64,000 nucleotides of DNA, taken from the NCBI GenBank assembly GCA_965222115.1, contig CBDCTJ010000007.1, positions 2,272,001 to 2,336,000 on the forward strand. Reading direction: 5' to 3'. This document shows, piece by piece, positions 59,242 to 64,000 of this stretch. The DNA is from Planctomycetota bacterium (GTDB lineage Bacteria > Planctomycetota > PLA2 > JAEUHO01). Position 1 is the first letter of the stretch. Every line of letters begins with the position of its first letter. The position numbers and the translations under genes are program-made. The notes below the pieces were generated by a model that was not told where the DNA came from, did no database searches, and saw only the letters and a list, made by a program, of their open reading frames with translations.

Positions 59242-59823
59242 CTACATTCTGAGCGCTAGGCGAACGATCTCGCCCACTTGAGTTGGGTCCGAGACTTCAC
59301 CTACGCACCGTTCGACGCGCTTGGCGGCGTCAGCGGGCGTCAATCCAAGATTGATGAGGGCCCGCACGGCATCGTGAGTTGCGGTGCCTGTGGTCATCGG
59401 GGCAGGCACATCATCTGCCGTTTGGCTGAACACCTCTCGCAACTCCACGACGATGCGCTCGGCGGTCTTTTTGCCCACGCCTTTGACGCGGGTGAGTGAC
59501 GCGACGTCGCCATGCGAGACCGAGGCCTGTAGTTCCCTTGGCTCAAAGCCTGAGAGCAAAGAGAGCGCCACGACCGGACCCACGCCGGACACGCGAATGA
59601 GCGCGCGAAATACCTCGCGTTCGGAGTTTGTGGCGAATCCGAACATACGCCACTCGTCTTCGCGAACGACAAGGTGAACCCAAAGATGGGCGTTCTCGCC
59701 CTTGGAAGGAAGCGCCTCGTAGGTGGAAAGAGGAATTCGCAGGACATAGCCGATGCCACCCGCGCGGAGCGTGGTTGCGGTAGGGGACTTGGCCAGCACG
59801 GTGCCTTGAATCGAGTCATACAC
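59242..59823 (-). CDS. ruvA: Holliday junction branch migration protein RuvA
   Basis: GGIGY, HLVVRED, LIRVSGVGP and GVGKKTAERIVVEL motifs. Confidence 0.95.
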   Translation of the reverse strand: MYDSIQGTVLAKSPTATTLRAGGIGYVLRIPLSTYEALPSKGENAHLWVHLVVREDEWRMFGFATNSEREVFRALIRVSGVGPVVALSLLSGFEPRELQASVSHGDVASLTRVKGVGKKTAERIVVELREVFSQTADDVPAPMTTGTATHDAVRALINLGLTPADAAKRVERCVGEVSDPTQVGEIVRLALRM

Positions 59824-60165
59824 GGGCCGAAGTATACCGGCGGGCGCACGACAAACTCGCACCGCGTGGGCAAGTACCTAGCCCGGATTATTCATGAAGC
59901 GCGCGTCGAAGAGACCCCGGTAGGCTCACCGCGGCACGGTTCGTCAGATCCCCGTGACCACGGTCTACTACAGGTGGTTCTTGCGAAGGATTCGGATTCA
60001 AGATCGAAGCGGCAAGTTCGAGGCGATACAAAAAAAGTACCGTCGAGCGACTTTCCGCAAAGAGATTGGATTCGAAGACCAGCAAGAACCGCGCGATTCA
60101 CCCCAGTTCATGAATATTCCGGGCTACGTAGGGTGTCGCCCATTCAACGATGTGAGGATCCCTAA

Positions 60166-61482
60166 ATGCACGACCTGCGTACACGAGTGCCCGTTGGCAA
60201 GCTATCCGAGCACGCGGGTAGCGACAATGCCGTCATGATCGCGGGTTGGGTTCGGCTCCGACGAACGTCGGGCGCCAAACTCGCTTTTTTGGAGATTCGC
60301 GACGGCAGCGGACGCGTTCAAGTGGTCGTGAATCGCAAGGACGTTGGTGACGAAGCCATGGACGCCGTGGCGCGCGTGCCCATTGAGAGCAGTATTGTGA
60401 TTCACGGCACGGTGCACGAAGACAAGCGTCAAGTGGGCGGTGTTGAAATACACGCCACGGGGGTGCATGTACTTCACGAATCCGTGGATGACTACCCGCT
60501 GGGTAAGAAGGACCACGGAGAAGGGTTTCTCCAGGACCAGCGGCATCTGTGGTTGCGTAGCACCAAGACGGCGGCCGTGCTTCGCGTGCGTGCCGAAGTT
60601 ATCGCGGCGTGTCGCGACCATCTGGGTGACCAGGGATTCACGTGTGTGGATGCGCCCATCTTCAACTCAGCGGCCGCTGAAGGGACTGCCACCCTCTTTC
60701 CGGTTGAATACTTTGGTTCCACGGTCTACCTGTCGCAGACGGGGCAACTGCACATGGAAGCCGCGGCGCAAGCGCTGGGCAAGGTGTACTGCTTCGGTCC
60801 TACGTTCCGTGCAGAGAAGTCCAAGACACGTCGCCACTTGACCGAGTTTTGGATGCTTGAACCCGAGATCGCATTCGCGGATCTCGATGAAGACATGGAT
60901 TTGATGGAGAGCTTGATCGCCTACGTCGTAGAACGCGTGATTACCAACTGTTCCGGCGAGTTGGCAACGCTTGAGCGTGACGTGGAATCGCTCAAGCGCT
61001 GCGTGCCCCCGTTTCCCCGCATCTCGTACGACGAGGCGCTAGAACGACTCAAGGGCCACGAAGCGGAGATTCCGTGGGGCGAGGATTTTGGTGCGCCGCA
61101 GGAGACGGCGGTCTCCAAGCAGTTTGATCGACCCATTCTGGTGCATCGCTTTCCAATGAAGATCAAGGCGTTTTATATGAAGGCCGATCCCGAGCGACCC
61201 GAGGTCGTGCTTGGGTGCGACATGATTGCACCCGACGGGTATGGCGAGATCATTGGCGGCGGAGAGCGCTCGTCTGATTTGGCCTATCTCGAACACAAGA
61301 TTGCGGAGGAGGGCCTTCCCAAGGAAGCCTATGAGTGGTATCTCGACTTGCGACGCTATGGCGCGAGTCCGAGTGCGGGTTTTGGTATGGGGCTTGAGCG
61401 CGTCGTGGCTTGGCTATGCGACATTGGCCATGTTCGTAAGGCAATCCCCTTTGCGCGCACCATGGCGAGGACCCATCCCTAA
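60166..61482 (+). CDS. asnS: Asparagine--tRNA ligase
   Basis: OB-fold GWVR..R..FLEIRDGS, YLSQTGQL, FGPTFRAEKSKTRRHLTEFWMLEPE and GFGMGLER motifs. Confidence 0.95.
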   Translation: MHDLRTRVPVGKLSEHAGSDNAVMIAGWVRLRRTSGAKLAFLEIRDGSGRVQVVVNRKDVGDEAMDAVARVPIESSIVIHGTVHEDKRQVGGVEIHATGVHVLHESVDDYPLGKKDHGEGFLQDQRHLWLRSTKTAAVLRVRAEVIAACRDHLGDQGFTCVDAPIFNSAAAEGTATLFPVEYFGSTVYLSQTGQLHMEAAAQALGKVYCFGPTFRAEKSKTRRHLTEFWMLEPEIAFADLDEDMDLMESLIAYVVERVITNCSGELATLERDVESLKRCVPPFPRISYDEALERLKGHEAEIPWGEDFGAPQETAVSKQFDRPILVHRFPMKIKAFYMKADPERPEVVLGCDMIAPDGYGEIIGGGERSSDLAYLEHKIAEEGLPKEAYEWYLDLRRYGASPSAGFGMGLERVVAWLCDIGHVRKAIPFARTMARTHP

Positions 61483-61604
61483 CTGAATTGCGCGTACCCG
61501 TCTCTCGTTGGAACCATCGGCGCGGCGGTACGTTACTCTTGGTTTGAGCTCAAGCTCGACACGACTGTGCAAACGACGCTAAAGCGTAAGGAGTCCCAGC
61601 CACG

Positions 61605-62645
61605 ATGAATCGTGATCCCAACGCCCCTGCCAGTGGTTTCGATCTGGCGTCGGCCGCCGCACAGATCGCGTCGTTGGAGGCTGCCATTGGCGCCACGGTT
61701 GTGGGTCAGGCAGGCGTGATCGGTGAGGCGGTGGCGTGTGTGTTGGCGGGCGGGCATGGGCTTTTGGAGGGACCTCCAGGACTTGCCAAGACGCTTTTGG
61801 TGCGTTCGCTTGCGAGTGCGGTCGGCCTTTCGTTTTCACGCATTCAATTCACGCCCGATCTCCTTCCCGCCGACATCACCGGCACCGACGTGCTCGTGGA
61901 GGACGGCAACAAGCGATCCTTTGAGTTTCGAGAGGGGCCGCTATTTGGCCACATCGTTCTCGCCGACGAAATCAACCGCGCAACGCCGAGAACACAAGCA
62001 GCGCTGATTGAAGCCATGGCCGAAGGCACCGTGCATTCCGGCGGCGTGCGCCATTCGTTGCCCCAGCCCTTCTCGGTGCTCGCCACCCAGAACCCCATCG
62101 AACACGAAGGGACGTTTCCTCTGCCGGAAGCGCAGCTGGACCGCTTCCTCTTGAAAGTTGTTGTGCGTACGCCACCCGAAGATGCATTGGTTGAGATCCT
62201 CTCGCGTACGAACCGTGCGACGCCCACACTGCCCGACCCTGTCATGACTCGAGAACAACTCCAGGGATTGATCGCCGCAGGACGTTCCGTGGCGTTGGCC
62301 GAACCCTTGGCACGCCACGTGTCTCGTATCGTCACCGCGACCGACGTTACCAGTCCGCGTTGCACCGACGCGGCGCGGCGCAACCTGAGGCTCGGTATCA
62401 GCCCTCGAGGAGGTGAAGCGGTATGTCGCGTGGCGCGCGTTGCAGCACTACGCGCCGGACGAGCGTACGTGTCGGCCGAAGATCTTGCCTGGGCGCTGCG
62501 ACCCGCATTGCGTCATCGCCTGTTACCCAGCTTCGATGCCGAAGCGCGCGGTTTGATCGGTGACGCACTCCTTCGCGATGTGTTACACGACGTGCCCAAA
62601 CTTCCTTCAGAAGTCGAGTCCATCCTTCAAGCCATTGCCGACTAG
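61605..62645 (+). CDS. MoxR-family AAA+ ATPase
   Basis: [41 protein letters not shown] and [22 protein letters not shown] motifs. Confidence 0.93.
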   Translation: MNRDPNAPASGFDLASAAAQIASLEAAIGATVVGQAGVIGEAVACVLAGGHGLLEGPPGLAKTLLVRSLASAVGLSFSRIQFTPDLLPADITGTDVLVEDGNKRSFEFREGPLFGHIVLADEINRATPRTQAALIEAMAEGTVHSGGVRHSLPQPFSVLATQNPIEHEGTFPLPEAQLDRFLLKVVVRTPPEDALVEILSRTNRATPTLPDPVMTREQLQGLIAAGRSVALAEPLARHVSRIVTATDVTSPRCTDAARRNLRLGISPRGGEAVCRVARVAALRAGRAYVSAEDLAWALRPALRHRLLPSFDAEARGLIGDALLRDVLHDVPKLPSEVESILQAIAD

Positions 62646-62650
62646 CTTCT

Positions 62651-62680
62651 AACCCGGACTATTCATGAGTGGTCCGGGTT
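62651..62680. terminator. Bidirectional terminator-like hairpin
   Basis: AACCCGGAC...GTCCGGGTT inverted repeat between convergent stops. Confidence 0.65.
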
Positions 62681-63998
62681 AGTCCGATGACTTGGGTGTT
62701 GCGGCGTCCACGTTTTCTTGAATATTCTTTTGGGCGCGGTCACGGGCATTCGTCCAATCAGAACGCGCACGGGCATCGCCTGGGTCGGCAATCGATACCC
62801 GGCGAAATGCGCTCGCAGCTCGGGCATAAAGCTCGTGGACCTCTTTCGCGGCCTCGGCCGTGGGCGGTTTTCCTGTAGCGGCGATGCGTTTCAGTGCCAC
62901 GTTGGCCGACCAAACGAACCATTGCCCATAGGCATTTTGAACCGTTGGCTCACTCTCTTCGCCGCTTGAGAGGCGTTTCAACGCGTCGTTGGCAACGTTG
63001 AGCCGCCGCGTGGCCTCGTCGAACTCGCCGAGTGCCGCCACTGTGGGCGCGCTCAGTCCATAGGCCCGAAAGCGCAACATCAAACGCCGCCGATTCGTGG
63101 ATGTGCGATCCGGATCCAGGGCATCCATCGTTGCGATGGCCTCGTCGAAGTGTGCTCGTGTGCGTTTGTGGTTTCCCGAGGCAAGACTTCGTTCGGCGCG
63201 AGTCAAACACAACCACACATACAGCTCGCGCGTAGCCGCGGACGCCTGATCCGTAGGCGCCTGCTCAAATGCGGCGCGTTCGTGGTTCTCGAATGCGACC
63301 TGAAATCCTAGGCGAAACGCTAAATCGGCGGCCACCACATGGGAACGCCGACGAAGGCGCGCTATTTCCTTATCGCCCGGCCGTTCGCGAATGAGCCGAT
63401 CCCAAATTGAAATGGCAATCTGCTGGTTGTCGTAGGCGCGTTTCGTCTGACCCAGATTGGGTACACCGACACGCCCTTGCATCTCGGCCAAGAGCGAAAT
63501 GTGTCTTGCACGCAATGCGGCAAGCTTCGGCTCCTTGCGTCCGTATTCATCAAGTCCAACGAGCCCTTCTTGCACCATGGCGGCCAAACGCTTGCGAACG
63601 TCCAACGTGCCTGGCACATGGCCCAAGTTCTCAACAATGTCGCCGAGCAACGTTCCTAAAAAGTTCTCCGATCCTATAAGGATCTTACGCAGCTTTCCTG
63701 TGGCGCGCTCCGCTGCCACGCGTTGTCGATGGGATTCTTGGGCTTCTTCCTGCGCGAGCCGTTCGTTCTTCTTCGCTTCTAGCGCAGACGCACGCGCAAC
63801 GCCCTCTTGATGCGATGCTTCGCGTGCCCACATAAGACTTGCGGCCGTTCCCGCAATCAAGGCCACCACGGCGAGCGCACCGGCAACGACGACACCCGTG
63901 TGGCGCTTCGCTATCATCTTGGCGCGGTACGCCATGCTCGGCGACCTCGCATCAATCGGTTCGGCATTGAGGTAGCGTTCAATGTCGTCGCGTAATGC
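62679..63998 (-). CDS. C-terminal part of a Ser/Thr protein kinase with TM and TPR-like region; 5'-truncated by the window edge
   Basis: Frame is open to the edge and reads ALRDDIERYLNAEPIDARSPSMAYRAKMIAKRH, typical of the end of planctomycete kinase domains. Confidence 0.7.
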   Translation of the reverse strand, partial: ALRDDIERYLNAEPIDARSPSMAYRAKMIAKRHTGVVVAGALAVVALIAGTAASLMWAREASHQEGVARASALEAKKNERLAQEEAQESHRQRVAAERATGKLRKILIGSENFLGTLLGDIVENLGHVPGTLDVRKRLAAMVQEGLVGLDEYGRKEPKLAALRARHISLLAEMQGRVGVPNLGQTKRAYDNQQIAISIWDRLIRERPGDKEIARLRRRSHVVAADLAFRLGFQVAFENHERAAFEQAPTDQASAATRELYVWLCLTRAERSLASGNHKRTRAHFDEAIATMDALDPDRTSTNRRRLMLRFRAYGLSAPTVAALGEFDEATRRLNVANDALKRLSSGEESEPTVQNAYGQWFVWSANVALKRIAATGKPPTAEAAKEVHELYARAASAFRRVSIADPGDARARSDWTNARDRAQKNIQENVDAATPKSSD

Positions 63999-64000
63999 AC

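Overview
This is a GC-rich bacterial window, probably Planctomycetota. The assignment is inferred from ECF sigma factors with long C-terminal extensions, a PDZ + alpha/alpha-barrel secreted protein and a planctomycete-type Ser/Thr kinase tail. Bases ~1.3-28.2 kb form an accessory region in which cargo genes are separated by a family of modular intergenic repeats. The cargo includes ParDE and DUF433 TA modules, an orphan MraZ-like gene, DUF4268-like and DUF4209/HEPN-like proteins, a type I R-M system, a DUF5131-TcmP pair and an AAA_14/DUF4143 ATPase. The repeats include a 27-bp motif present 11 times at cargo boundaries. Three four-helix-bundle (23S-IVP/Avd-like) genes each carry a conserved nested stem-loop leader that pairs with the SD or start codon. 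They are bracketed by (CCCGTYA)n + core + (GTGGAC)n units, and one cassette abuts the 3' end of tRNA-Leu. This protein + structured leader + tandem-repeat cassette and the 27-bp cassette-boundary motif are the best candidates for an undescribed system. Two selenoprotein genes split by the ORF track (PrxU and a SelW/Rdx-type protein, each with an in-frame TGA and a SECIS-like hairpin) and two tRNAs (Cys, Leu) are also present. The right half is mostly ordinary: PPIase, M3 peptidase, ABC and RND transporters, ruvA, asnS, MoxR and a partial kinase. All family assignments come from motif recognition by eye, not database searches.
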